From the NCBI GenBank assembly GCA_001189155.1, contig LFCP01000001.1, positions 147,779 through 211,778 on the forward strand: 64,000 nucleotides of DNA, read 5' to 3'. The translations under genes were made by a program, and so were the position numbers. The first letter of the stretch is position 1, and each line of letters starts with the position of its first letter. The stretch is from Parcubacteria bacterium C7867-006 (GTDB lineage Bacteria > Patescibacteriota > Minisyncoccia > Phycocordibacterales > DATDWN01). This document shows, piece after piece, positions 9,155-17,687 of the stretch. The notes beneath the pieces were generated by a model. It was given only the letters and a program-made list of their open reading frames with translations. It had not been told where the DNA came from and made no database searches.

Positions 9155-9409
9155 ATGGAAAAAAAGAATTCAGCATTTATGAAGCCTATGAACATTAGTT
9201 CAGAATTGGCTGAAGTAGTAGGAAAGGGCCCAATGCCAAGATCAGATGTTGTTAAGAAAATCTGGGCATACATCAAGAAAAACAATCTTCAGGATGAAAA
9301 GAATAAAAGAAACATTAATGCTGATGAAGCTTTAAAGAAGGTGTTTGGAGGAAAGGCTACTGTAAATATGTTTGAAATGACAAAATTGGTTTCAAAGCAT
9401 CTTTCTTAA
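9155..9409 (+). CDS. Stand-alone SWIB/MDM2 domain protein
   Basis: FMKPMNISSELAEVVG...PRSDVVKKIWAYIKKNNLQD...NMFEMTKLVSKHL. Confidence 0.93.
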   Translation: MEKKNSAFMKPMNISSELAEVVGKGPMPRSDVVKKIWAYIKKNNLQDEKNKRNINADEALKKVFGGKATVNMFEMTKLVSKHLS

Positions 9410-9424
9410 TAGACATTACGAAAT

Positions 9425-9463
9425 AGATAACAAAAATCCCCGAAAAGGGGATTTTTGTTATCT
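9425..9463. terminator. Bidirectional intrinsic terminator
   Basis: AGATAACAAAAATCCCC-gaaaa-GGGGATTTTTGTTATCT, perfect stem between convergent genes. Confidence 0.8.
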
Positions 9464-10645
9464 TAGATCCATAAAAGCGTTTATATAGTGTACAGCTAAA
9501 CCATCAAAACTCTTGTTTGTTTTAAAGGTTTCTTTTAGTTTATTTGTTTCTTTGTTGTATCTTCTTTTGCTTGTGTTGTAGAAAGTTATATAAGATGGTT
9601 CAACATCACCTGATTCCTGGGCTATTACAATTTTTGTTCTATGTTTATCTGCAGAACTTATCTCGTCCTTCGATATGTCAATAGACCCATCTTCTCCCTG
9701 GCTGAAGTTTCTGTATGACATAACTATTATTTTACTGTTTTCTCTTCTGTCTAAAATACTTAAAAGATGATCTGTTGTAAAACCATTTATACTTTTGTAG
9801 GAGAATTTTGGGGTGTCATTATTTGTTCCATCATAAAACTCCGGTATTACAACTGATAGTTCCAGGTCGCTATTGTTTAGAGCAGATACACTTTGATTTA
9901 TTAGGTTTAGAAAGTTAACCAAAATAACCTTTTTATTTTCAGTATATTTTTCAAGTAGATAGGGTTCTATATCATACTGGAAGCCCCTAAATTTAGCTGT
10001 GTGGAACTTATTAAACTTTATAGCATAGTTTAGTGTGGCGAATGCTTTGTATGTATGACCTTCTTCAGACCAGTTTCTCCATCCAGCTTCTGCATCTACA
10101 CTAATACCATTTTTATTGGCTTCTAAAATGAAATCCTGAATAGCTTGATCAAAAGCCATTTTTTTATCAGTTTTTTCTTTTCCGTCCGGCATTATATATA
10201 TATCTAGATATGAATCTATTGATAGATAGATATTTTTTATACCATTTTTAACAGCACCAGATATTATAGATTTTCTGTATTCAGGAGTTATTTGAAGTAT
10301 TGGGGTCCATAGCCAAGTACCGTTCTCAGGACCATCTTCTATTTTCGGTCTAGTATCTTTTCTGAGTGAGCTTATTGTATTAGCTAGAAGTATTTCTTTA
10401 TCAAAAATCGCAATATTTCTGTACTTAGGGTTTGATTCTATTGCACTTTTTGATATATGGGAGTCTGAATACATAACTGGCATTACCATTTTTCGAGTTT
10501 CGGAAGAAAGTATTTTGCCTCGGTTTAAACTTTTGTTTGTATTATAGATATAGAGCAAAGAACTAAATGCTGTAACAGCCAAAAAAGAAAACATTACGGT
10601 TTTATAGTCAACTATATTTTTTTTAGCCTTATTTTTTTTGGACAT
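9458..10645 (-). CDS. Membrane-anchored hypothetical protein, glycoside-hydrolase-like TIM barrel
   Basis: N-terminal TM; FRGFQYDIEPY (GH18-like acidic motif), IVMSYR, FDGLAVHY. Confidence 0.6.
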   Translation of the reverse strand: MSKKNKAKKNIVDYKTVMFSFLAVTAFSSLLYIYNTNKSLNRGKILSSETRKMVMPVMYSDSHISKSAIESNPKYRNIAIFDKEILLANTISSLRKDTRPKIEDGPENGTWLWTPILQITPEYRKSIISGAVKNGIKNIYLSIDSYLDIYIMPDGKEKTDKKMAFDQAIQDFILEANKNGISVDAEAGWRNWSEEGHTYKAFATLNYAIKFNKFHTAKFRGFQYDIEPYLLEKYTENKKVILVNFLNLINQSVSALNNSDLELSVVIPEFYDGTNNDTPKFSYKSINGFTTDHLLSILDRRENSKIIVMSYRNFSQGEDGSIDISKDEISSADKHRTKIVIAQESGDVEPSYITFYNTSKRRYNKETNKLKETFKTNKSFDGLAVHYINAFMDLR

Positions 10646-10646
10646 T

Positions 10647-12299
10647 TTAATTCTTTTTGATCATCCACTTTTTGATATCATCAAAAGTCCCGCCAACTTT
10701 TTTATTGGGATTAAATATGTTTTTAGGGTCAAATATATTTTTTGTTTCAGCAAAAAGTTTGTTTACTCTCTCTCCAAATTGTTCCAAAAGATATGGTGTT
10801 CTGATTATTCCATCGTTATGCTCAGCAGAGTTTGAGCCTTTGTATTTCTTAACAATACTGTAAACTTTTTTAGAAATTTCCAGTATTGCATCAGATGTAA
10901 AAGGAGAGTCTAGATCCATAAGTGGAATGATGTGGAAGTTCCCATTACCGAGATGTCCTTGAACCGTGTAATCTAGTTTATATTCATCCAAAATAGCTTT
11001 TATTCTTGGTAGAAATTCTGGTAGAAATTCTGGTTTAACAATTAAATCGTCTATAAAAGGTGCGGTTCTTTTACCATGAACATGTTTTCTCAATAGGTTA
11101 AAGCTCTCATGCCTTATGTCCCAGTATTTTTCTGCTTCATTACTATTTTTTGCAATATGCATTTTAAAGTGGAAATCTGTTAGATGATCTCTAACTTCGG
11201 TTAGTTTACTTATCACTTCTTCTTCTGTATTTCCACTAAACTCAATCATTAGAATAAGTTTTGGAACCCCACCAGATAAAACCATAAATGTTTCTGGTAT
11301 GAATTGGAAACCTAGTTTTAGTGCGCCCCAGAATCCAAGTTGTTTAAAAAAGTCAAAGAAAAATCTTACAGCCAGAATCATACTTTTATCATCATATGTT
11401 TCCAGACTCTCTGGTTTGTAGGGAAGTATACGAGTTACTAGCTCGCTTACTTTTTCTAAAGAAGGAAGGAAAACAACGAGTAGATTTGAGTATTTTGCTA
11501 TAGGAGTTAGATTAAAAGTTATTTCCGTCACAATTCCCAAGGTCCCTTGTGAGCCCGCGATTAGTCTGCATAGATCAAATGTCTGGTTGTCCTTATCATA
11601 AACATTCCATAGGTAGTATCCTGATGAATTTTTTGAGACATCAGGTTTTGCAGACATTATTTCATCGTAGTTCTCTTTTATAAGATCAAAAAGTTTCTTA
11701 TAGAGGTTGCCTTCAAAGTTATTTTCAGATATTTTTTGTTCTAACTCACTTATTGTCATCGGCCTGAGCTCGTATTCATTTCCATCAGAAAATACAACTT
11801 TCAGTTTTTTTAAATGATTTTCTGTTTTGCCGTATTTTATGCTTTTTTCTCCTCCAGCATTATTGGCGACCATTCCTCCAACTGCACAAATCTCTCTAGA
11901 TGCTGTATATGTGGGCATTATTTTACCAATTTTTCTTGTGGCTTTATCAAAATCTCGGTAGAAACAACCCGGCTCAACAATCCCGTAGTCATCTTTGACT
12001 TCAATAATCTTATTCATGTAACGAGTAAAATCTATGATGACAGAGTCATTCAAAGGTCCTCCACTCATATCTGTTCCTGCGGATCTAGCCGTTATTGATA
12101 GGGAAGGTTCTTTTTCTTTATTTTTGTTTAGCCATTTAACGGCATTTTGTACATCACTACTACTTTTAGGAAATAGAACTAGTTTGGGTTTTATTTCGAA
12201 GAGGCTAGCATCTCTTGAATATTTTTTTAATATTTCTTCACTGTTCTCAACATCACCCTTAAAATCTTTTTTAATTTCTTCAAGTATTTCTGTATTCAT
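10647..12299 (-). CDS. FAD-binding oxidoreductase (GlcD/D-lactate dehydrogenase-like)
   Basis: RSAGTDMSGG, VGGMVANNAGG, GSQGTLGIVT, GHLGNGNFH, AEHNDG, FDPKNIFNP. Confidence 0.9.
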   Translation of the reverse strand: MNTEILEEIKKDFKGDVENSEEILKKYSRDASLFEIKPKLVLFPKSSSDVQNAVKWLNKNKEKEPSLSITARSAGTDMSGGPLNDSVIIDFTRYMNKIIEVKDDYGIVEPGCFYRDFDKATRKIGKIMPTYTASREICAVGGMVANNAGGEKSIKYGKTENHLKKLKVVFSDGNEYELRPMTISELEQKISENNFEGNLYKKLFDLIKENYDEIMSAKPDVSKNSSGYYLWNVYDKDNQTFDLCRLIAGSQGTLGIVTEITFNLTPIAKYSNLLVVFLPSLEKVSELVTRILPYKPESLETYDDKSMILAVRFFFDFFKQLGFWGALKLGFQFIPETFMVLSGGVPKLILMIEFSGNTEEEVISKLTEVRDHLTDFHFKMHIAKNSNEAEKYWDIRHESFNLLRKHVHGKRTAPFIDDLIVKPEFLPEFLPRIKAILDEYKLDYTVQGHLGNGNFHIIPLMDLDSPFTSDAILEISKKVYSIVKKYKGSNSAEHNDGIIRTPYLLEQFGERVNKLFAETKNIFDPKNIFNPNKKVGGTFDDIKKWMIKKN

Positions 12300-12351
12300 A
12301 TGTTTAGTTTAACAAATACTTTAGCTTTTCCATATAACAGAGTTAACAGAC

Positions 12352-12393
12352 TTGACGTTCTGGCTACAAAAGGTGTAGTATTTTACCCGGAGG
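12352..12393 (+). promoter_or_regulatory. Sigma70-like promoter and SD of GC-rich cassette 1
   Basis: TTGACG-18 nt-TAGTAT, then GGAGG 5 nt before ATG 12399. Confidence 0.65.
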
Positions 12394-12398
12394 CACGC

Positions 12399-12617
12399 AT
12401 GAGTACTGTGAAGAATATCTCTCACACACCAAACAAACACCAGGCTACCGCACAGCCCATTCGCCGAATCGTTTGTCCAGTCTGTCACATCAGCCAGCCG
12501 GACATTCGCCAGACGAAGTGTCAGAGCTGTGGTCGGTTGCTTCCGGCTCGGCCTGGCGTAGTGACTGCACCTGTTCCGTCCAAGCGGTGGTTCGGGGGGA
12601 TCGCTCCCTCCAGGTAG
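12399..12617 (+). CDS. GC-rich orphan zinc-ribbon-like small protein (72 aa)
   Basis: Start re-assigned to the ATG after GGAGG; CPVC...CQSC pairs; about 55-65% GC per line. Confidence 0.65.
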   Translation: MSTVKNISHTPNKHQATAQPIRRIVCPVCHISQPDIRQTKCQSCGRLLPARPGVVTAPVPSKRWFGGIAPSR

Positions 12618-12766
12618 ATATCCGCAAGACAGAATCCCACCTCGTGCAATACCGCCATGGATCCCAGCCCATGGCAAAGCCCTCGTCGCTCGTCGTCGCT
12701 TGTCGTCGTCGTCCCCGTAGGGCTTTTTCTATATTTGAAATTTTCTTTGTGCTATATTGATTCAGA

Positions 12767-13309
12767 ATGAAAGAATCTTTTATAGTTCAATTTTTTAAAA
12801 AGTGGAGACAAATAGGGGCCATAGCACCCAGTTCTATTTTTTTAGTTGAGGATATGCTTTCTGAGGTTGATTGGGATAGGGCATCAATAATTATTGAGTT
12901 GGGAGCAGGCAGTGGTACTTTTACAAAACAAATATTGAAAAAAATGAGACCAGAAGCAAAACTTTTTGTTTTTGAAATAGATCATGTTTTTTTAAAAAAA
13001 TTAAATAAAATTATTGATTCTAGAATAGTCATAGTCTCTGAATCGGCAGAAAACTTATCAAAGTACCTTGATGGTAAAAAAGCAGATTATGTTATATCTG
13101 GCATCCCTCTTTCAAATTTAGATAAACATGTAAAATCTGGCATTATTTATTCCGCTATGGAGAGTATGGTTTCTGGGGGTATATTTTTGCAGTTTCAGTA
13201 TTTCCCTGAATCACTAAATTTTCTAAAGAAGTATTTTGACGATGTTAAGCTTAAATTTACGTTCTTAAATACACCTCCAGCTTTTTATTACATTTGCCTA
13301 AAAAAGTAG
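12767..13309 (+). CDS. Class I SAM methyltransferase (phospholipid N-methyltransferase PmtA-like)
   Basis: IGAIAPSS, IIELGAGSG, VISGIP, FLQFQY, NTPPA. Confidence 0.85.
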   Translation: MKESFIVQFFKKWRQIGAIAPSSIFLVEDMLSEVDWDRASIIIELGAGSGTFTKQILKKMRPEAKLFVFEIDHVFLKKLNKIIDSRIVIVSESAENLSKYLDGKKADYVISGIPLSNLDKHVKSGIIYSAMESMVSGGIFLQFQYFPESLNFLKKYFDDVKLKFTFLNTPPAFYYICLKK

Positions 13310-13321
13310 TATAATTGGGGG

Positions 13322-14212
13322 ATGAAAAAAATATCAATCTTTGTCTCGGCAGTCCTTATTTTATCAGTAGGTTATTTGGTCTTTTATGGTTTTAAAAAGG
13401 GGGAAAATAAGGTGGATAGCTATAAAAATGCCACTTATACTGTTGAGGGTAATAGTGTAAAACTTGTTAATGGTTTAAATGAAATACCATCAGCTCCTGG
13501 TTCTTCATCAAAAGTAGTTACTCGATATTTTGGTAATGAGGTTTCGCACGATTTTGATGGTGATGGAAGAGATGATATCGCGTTTTTGTTAACTCAAAAT
13601 GCAGGAGGTTCTGGTACATTTTATTATCTTGTTGTGGCTTTAAATAAAGAAGATGGCTATGTTGGTGGACACGCAACAATAATTGGGGACAGAATAGCCC
13701 CTCAAACAACAGAAATAGACAGCAAAGGTTTTATTGTTGTTAATTATGCTGACAGAAAACCTGGAGAAAGTTTTTCTACTCAACCTTCAGTTGGAAAAAG
13801 TCTCTGGTTTAAGTTCGACCCAACAACTATGCAGTTGGGAGTGGTCGTACAAAATTTTGAAGGCGAGGCTGATCCGTCAAAAATGACATTAAATATGAAA
13901 ACTTGGAATTGGGTTAAGACTATTTATAATGATGGAAAAGTTATTACACCGAAAAAGGATGTTTTCACCCTAACATTTAAAGGAAATCAGTTTTCTGCAA
14001 AAACTGATTGTAATGGAGTTGGAGGAGAATATACGGTAAACAGTGGAAAGATATCATTTGATAAAATGATGTCTACTATGATGTATTGTGATGGTTCACA
14101 AGAATCAGATTTTTCAAAAATGATTGGGGAAGTTTCGAGTTATATCTTTACCTCAAAAGGTGAACTGATATTAGAGTTTAAAATGGATTCAGGTAGTATG
14201 GTATTCAAATAA
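13322..14212 (+). CDS. Membrane-anchored META (HslJ-like) domain protein
   Basis: N-terminal TM; DFDGDGRDD and GGSGTFYY; C-terminal TDCNG...STMMYC META motif. Confidence 0.8.
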   Translation: MKKISIFVSAVLILSVGYLVFYGFKKGENKVDSYKNATYTVEGNSVKLVNGLNEIPSAPGSSSKVVTRYFGNEVSHDFDGDGRDDIAFLLTQNAGGSGTFYYLVVALNKEDGYVGGHATIIGDRIAPQTTEIDSKGFIVVNYADRKPGESFSTQPSVGKSLWFKFDPTTMQLGVVVQNFEGEADPSKMTLNMKTWNWVKTIYNDGKVITPKKDVFTLTFKGNQFSAKTDCNGVGGEYTVNSGKISFDKMMSTMMYCDGSQESDFSKMIGEVSSYIFTSKGELILEFKMDSGSMVFK

Positions 14213-14236
14213 TTATAAGATAGTTAATATACTCAT

Positions 14237-14665
14237 ATGACACTAGAAACAGAAGAAGTTAATGGAGTAATTAGAATAAAAAATCCAGACGAGGATTTAA
14301 AAGAAATGCACTATTATGGTGATAGAGTTAGAATGTTGTACATTGGAATGTCAGTTATCCTTTTAGTTATGTCTCCTTTTGTTCAAAATAGATTACCTTA
14401 TCCAGCTCTGCTTTCTATTTTTGCTGTTTTGTTTCTTACAATGGTAGCTGGACTAATAAGTCCAAAAGCTAAAGCGATAATAATCTTGAATTTTTTAGTT
14501 TCGGTAACTGCAATTATAGTTTTTGGAAAGGAAGCTATAGTATCTTATTCACATAATCTAAGTGACATTTTCTTCTGGGGCAATGTGGTGCTATCTGTAG
14601 CATCTATTTTTGCTCTTTATTACAGCAGTAAGACATTAAGAGGTGTTTTGCTTTATAAAAAATAA
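14237..14665 (+). CDS. Hypothetical membrane protein
   Basis: About four hydrophobic segments. Confidence 0.7.
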   Translation: MTLETEEVNGVIRIKNPDEDLKEMHYYGDRVRMLYIGMSVILLVMSPFVQNRLPYPALLSIFAVLFLTMVAGLISPKAKAIIILNFLVSVTAIIVFGKEAIVSYSHNLSDIFFWGNVVLSVASIFALYYSSKTLRGVLLYKK

Positions 14666-14675
14666 ATAAAAAAAT

Positions 14676-14978
14676 ATGAAAGGATTTATTGATTTTATTC
14701 GTGAGCAGGGTGTTGTTGGATTAGCTGTCGGTTTTATTTTAGGGGGTGCTGTTTCAAAAGTAGTTACAGCAATAGTGACCGACATCATAAATCCTATTTT
14801 GGGTTTGGCTTTGGGGGCTGTGGGCGGATTAAAAACAGCTTCTTTTGGTATTGGGTCAGTACGAATACTATATGGGGATTTTTTGAGTGTAACTATAGAT
14901 TTTATCGTTGTTGCTTTAGTTGTTTATTTTGGAGTAAAAATGATAGGTTTGGATAGATTAGACAAAAAGAAATCCTAA
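14676..14978 (+). CDS. mscL: Large-conductance mechanosensitive channel
   Basis: MKGFIDFIREQGVVGLAVGFILGGAVSKVV..DIINP..YGDFL..IDF. Confidence 0.9.
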   Translation: MKGFIDFIREQGVVGLAVGFILGGAVSKVVTAIVTDIINPILGLALGAVGGLKTASFGIGSVRILYGDFLSVTIDFIVVALVVYFGVKMIGLDRLDKKKS

Positions 14979-14998
14979 TTATGATATAATTTAACATT

Positions 14999-15055
14999 AT
15001 GGCTAAAGGAGAGACACATAAAAAAGAAAAAAAGAAACCAAAGAAAATTAAATAA
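14999..15055 (+). CDS. Unannotated 18-aa Lys-rich peptide MAKGETHKKEKKKPKKIK
   Basis: ATG 8 nt after TGaTATAAT (14982-14990); fills the intergenic gap; ends in TAA. Confidence 0.5.
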   Translation: MAKGETHKKEKKKPKKIK

Positions 15056-15066
15056 TTTTATTTCAG

Positions 15067-15627
15067 ATGGCTTCTTCTAATAAAAAAAGTTTTTTTATGC
15101 ATGATTTATCAATCATTGCATTAAGTGTTTTGATTGCGTTAATTTTGATTAAAACAGATATTTTGTCTGGTTTTTTGGATTCTACATCTAGCTTTAAATT
15201 TTTAGGTAGTTTCATTGCTGGAATGTTTTTTACTTCGGTTTTTACCACAGCTCCTGCTATAGCTACATTAGGAGAAATAGCCCAACATGATTCCGTTTTT
15301 GTTACAGCTATTTTTGGAGCTATGGGTGCTGTTATAGGAGATATAATTATATTTCAATTTATCAGGGATGAACTAGCTGTTCATTTTGTCGAAATTATAA
15401 AACATAATTCTCTTTGGAAGAGATTTCACACACTATTTAGATTAAAGTATTTTAGGTGGTTTACTTTTATGTTGGGAGGGATAATTATAGCTTCTCCTTT
15501 TCCAGATGAGTTGGGTATAGGCCTTTTAGGTTTTGCTAAAACAAAAACTTCTTCTTTTATACCTGTGTCTTTAGCATTTAACTTTATAGGTATTCTTATA
15601 ATAGGTTTAGTAGCTAGAACCATATAG
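15067..15627 (+). CDS. Membrane protein (VTT/DedA-like)
   Basis: Multiple TMs; GAMGAVIGDIIIF and SPFPDE motifs. Confidence 0.65.
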   Translation: MASSNKKSFFMHDLSIIALSVLIALILIKTDILSGFLDSTSSFKFLGSFIAGMFFTSVFTTAPAIATLGEIAQHDSVFVTAIFGAMGAVIGDIIIFQFIRDELAVHFVEIIKHNSLWKRFHTLFRLKYFRWFTFMLGGIIIASPFPDELGIGLLGFAKTKTSSFIPVSLAFNFIGILIIGLVARTI

Positions 15628-15651
15628 TTATTTTTTTGATATAATTATTTT

Positions 15652-16098
15652 ATGAAAAGACCAGTACTATCATTAGATGAAATTAGGAAAAATAGAAAAC
15701 CTATTCGTAATGTAAACATAGAGCACAAACAAAAACTTAGTTCTTTAGATAATTTTGCTGTTTGGATAACTCAGCATATTGGCACGATGGGATTTTTCTT
15801 TGTTATTTTTTTCTGGACTGTTATTTGGTTGGGATGGAACGTGCTAGGTCCGAGTGAGTATCAGTTTGATCCTTATCCAGCTTTTGTATTTTGGCTTTTT
15901 ATATCAAATTTAATTCAGATATTCCTTATGCCTCTCATTATGATAGGACAGAATTTACAAGGTTATCACGCTGAAAGACGTGCGGAAGCTGATTTTGAGG
16001 TTAATAAAAAAGCAGAAGAAGAGATAGAAAATATCCTCACTCATTTGGAGAATCAAAATGATATGCTTTCTGATATTCTAGAGAAACTCAATAAATAA
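15652..16098 (+). CDS. DUF1003 domain membrane protein
   Basis: GTMGFFF..WLGWN..FDPYPAF..LIMIGQN..RAEADFEVN. Confidence 0.85.
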   Translation: MKRPVLSLDEIRKNRKPIRNVNIEHKQKLSSLDNFAVWITQHIGTMGFFFVIFFWTVIWLGWNVLGPSEYQFDPYPAFVFWLFISNLIQIFLMPLIMIGQNLQGYHAERRAEADFEVNKKAEEEIENILTHLENQNDMLSDILEKLNK

Positions 16099-16491
16099 TT
16101 AGTTTTTTTTATGTATTTCTGATTCAACCTCTTCTACTTTTTGCTCTATTCTATTTAGGGTTTTTTGAAGTTTTTCTATTTTGTCTTCTTCCGTTTCTAT
16201 TTCCTCTCTTGTTTTTTCTGTAAGCTTTTTCTCGCCAGATAGACCTGAAATTATGAGTCTATTTCCAACAAAACTTGATACAAAAACTCCGGTTATTAGT
16301 AAAATACTTGATCCGAGAATTAAAGATATAAAAGAGTTTAAACTAACATCATCGGCTATGTGCCAGACTCCTCGCCAGAAAAGTACAACACCAACTCCTC
16401 CTAAAAGCGCATACAAAAAAGGAACTCTACTGAGTCTCGCCCTGGTTTTGTCTTCAAGTTTATCAAAAAATGAGAGTATGTTTTTATGCAT
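16099..16491 (-). CDS. Hypothetical membrane protein with C-terminal coiled coil
   Basis: GVVLFWRGVW TM pair; charged tail. Confidence 0.7.
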   Translation of the reverse strand: MHKNILSFFDKLEDKTRARLSRVPFLYALLGGVGVVLFWRGVWHIADDVSLNSFISLILGSSILLITGVFVSSFVGNRLIISGLSGEKKLTEKTREEIETEEDKIEKLQKTLNRIEQKVEEVESEIHKKN

Positions 16492-16540
16492 ATTTGGCGG
16501 TGGATTTGGTGTCAGTTAATGATACAATATTAACACAATT

Positions 16541-17293
16541 ATGATGAATACCAAAAAAGTAATAGCTTGTGATTTGGATGGAACACTAGCTCCCAGCAAA
16601 TCATCTTTATCAAGAGAAATGTCAGATGTTATACGTCAGATTTTACCAAGGTATTCTCTAGCTGTTATTTCTGGAGGTGCTTTCCCTCAGTTTCAAAAAC
16701 AGTTTTTATTTAATTTAGATTGCCCTAAGGAGCTTTATAAGAATCTATATCTATTTCCAACAATGGGCAGTACTTGTTATGTTTACGACTATGAAAAAGA
16801 TGACTGGAAACAGATTTATGAAGAAAAGTTAAGTGATGAAGAGAGAAGAGATATAATACAAGCATTTAAAGATTCTATAAATGAGTCTGGTTTAGATTTG
16901 GAGGGTGCTTATGGAGAAATACTTGAAGACAGAGGAACACAAGTGACTTTTTCTGGTAGAGGACAGAATGCTCCAATAGATGCAAAAAATTCTTGGGATC
17001 CAGATAGAACAAAGAGACAGATTCTTGTTGATTTATTAAAAAGTAAAATACCAAATTTTGATATTAGGATGGGAGGAATGAGTTCTATTGATGTCACGAG
17101 ACTTGGAGTTGATAAGGCTTATGCTATAGGTAAAATAAAAAGTCTGTTGAACGTAAATGATGATGATATTGTTTTTGTTGGTGATGCTTTGTATAAAGGT
17201 GGTAATGATGCTCCAGTTAAAAAAACTAATGTGGATTATATTCAAGAAGATGGTCCAAACGAGACTCTAGAGTTGCTTAAAAATTATATATAG
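16541..17293 (+). CDS. HAD-IIB hydrolase, phosphomannomutase (PMM, eukaryote-type)-like
   Basis: DLDGTL, VISGG, EDRGTQVTFS, GGMSSIDV, DKAY, GDALYKGGND. Confidence 0.85.
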   Translation: MMNTKKVIACDLDGTLAPSKSSLSREMSDVIRQILPRYSLAVISGGAFPQFQKQFLFNLDCPKELYKNLYLFPTMGSTCYVYDYEKDDWKQIYEEKLSDEERRDIIQAFKDSINESGLDLEGAYGEILEDRGTQVTFSGRGQNAPIDAKNSWDPDRTKRQILVDLLKSKIPNFDIRMGGMSSIDVTRLGVDKAYAIGKIKSLLNVNDDDIVFVGDALYKGGNDAPVKKTNVDYIQEDGPNETLELLKNYI

Positions 17294-17345
17294 GATATCA
17301 ACATATTTTTTATACAAGTTCATTTTGCTGTGATAAAATTAGGAC

Positions 17346-17687
17346 ATGAATTCAACTACCACCAAAAGACCATGGGGGTCATTTACCCGTTTTACAGATA
17401 ATGAAAATTCTACAGTAAAACTTTTAAATATAAACAAAGGCGAGCAGTTGAGTTTGCAGTATCATATGAAAAGAAGTGAGTTTTGGAGAGTTATTTCTGG
17501 TAATCCAGAAATAATCATAGATGAGCAAAAATATGATGCTAAAGAGGGGGATGAGTTTAATGTTTCAGCTGAATCAAAACATAGGATAGGAGCTCCGTAT
17601 GATGACGTGGTTATTTTAGAGATATCTAAAGGTGATTTTGATGAGAACGACATAGTTAGACTCGAGGATAAATACAATAGGGTTTAA
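17346..17687 (+). CDS. Phosphomannose isomerase type II C-terminal cupin
   Basis: RPWGSF, LSLQYHMKRSEFW, ENDIVRLEDKYNR. Confidence 0.9.
   Translation: MNSTTTKRPWGSFTRFTDNENSTVKLLNINKGEQLSLQYHMKRSEFWRVISGNPEIIIDEQKYDAKEGDEFNVSAESKHRIGAPYDDVVILEISKGDFDENDIVRLEDKYNRV

Noticed and set aside
12321-12760. Alternative ORFs over cassette 1 (12321-12677 minus, 12473-12760 plus, 12490-12672 minus)
   Set aside because: Open frames are expected in GC-rich DNA. Only the 12399 frame has a promoter, an SD and a Cys-pair motif.
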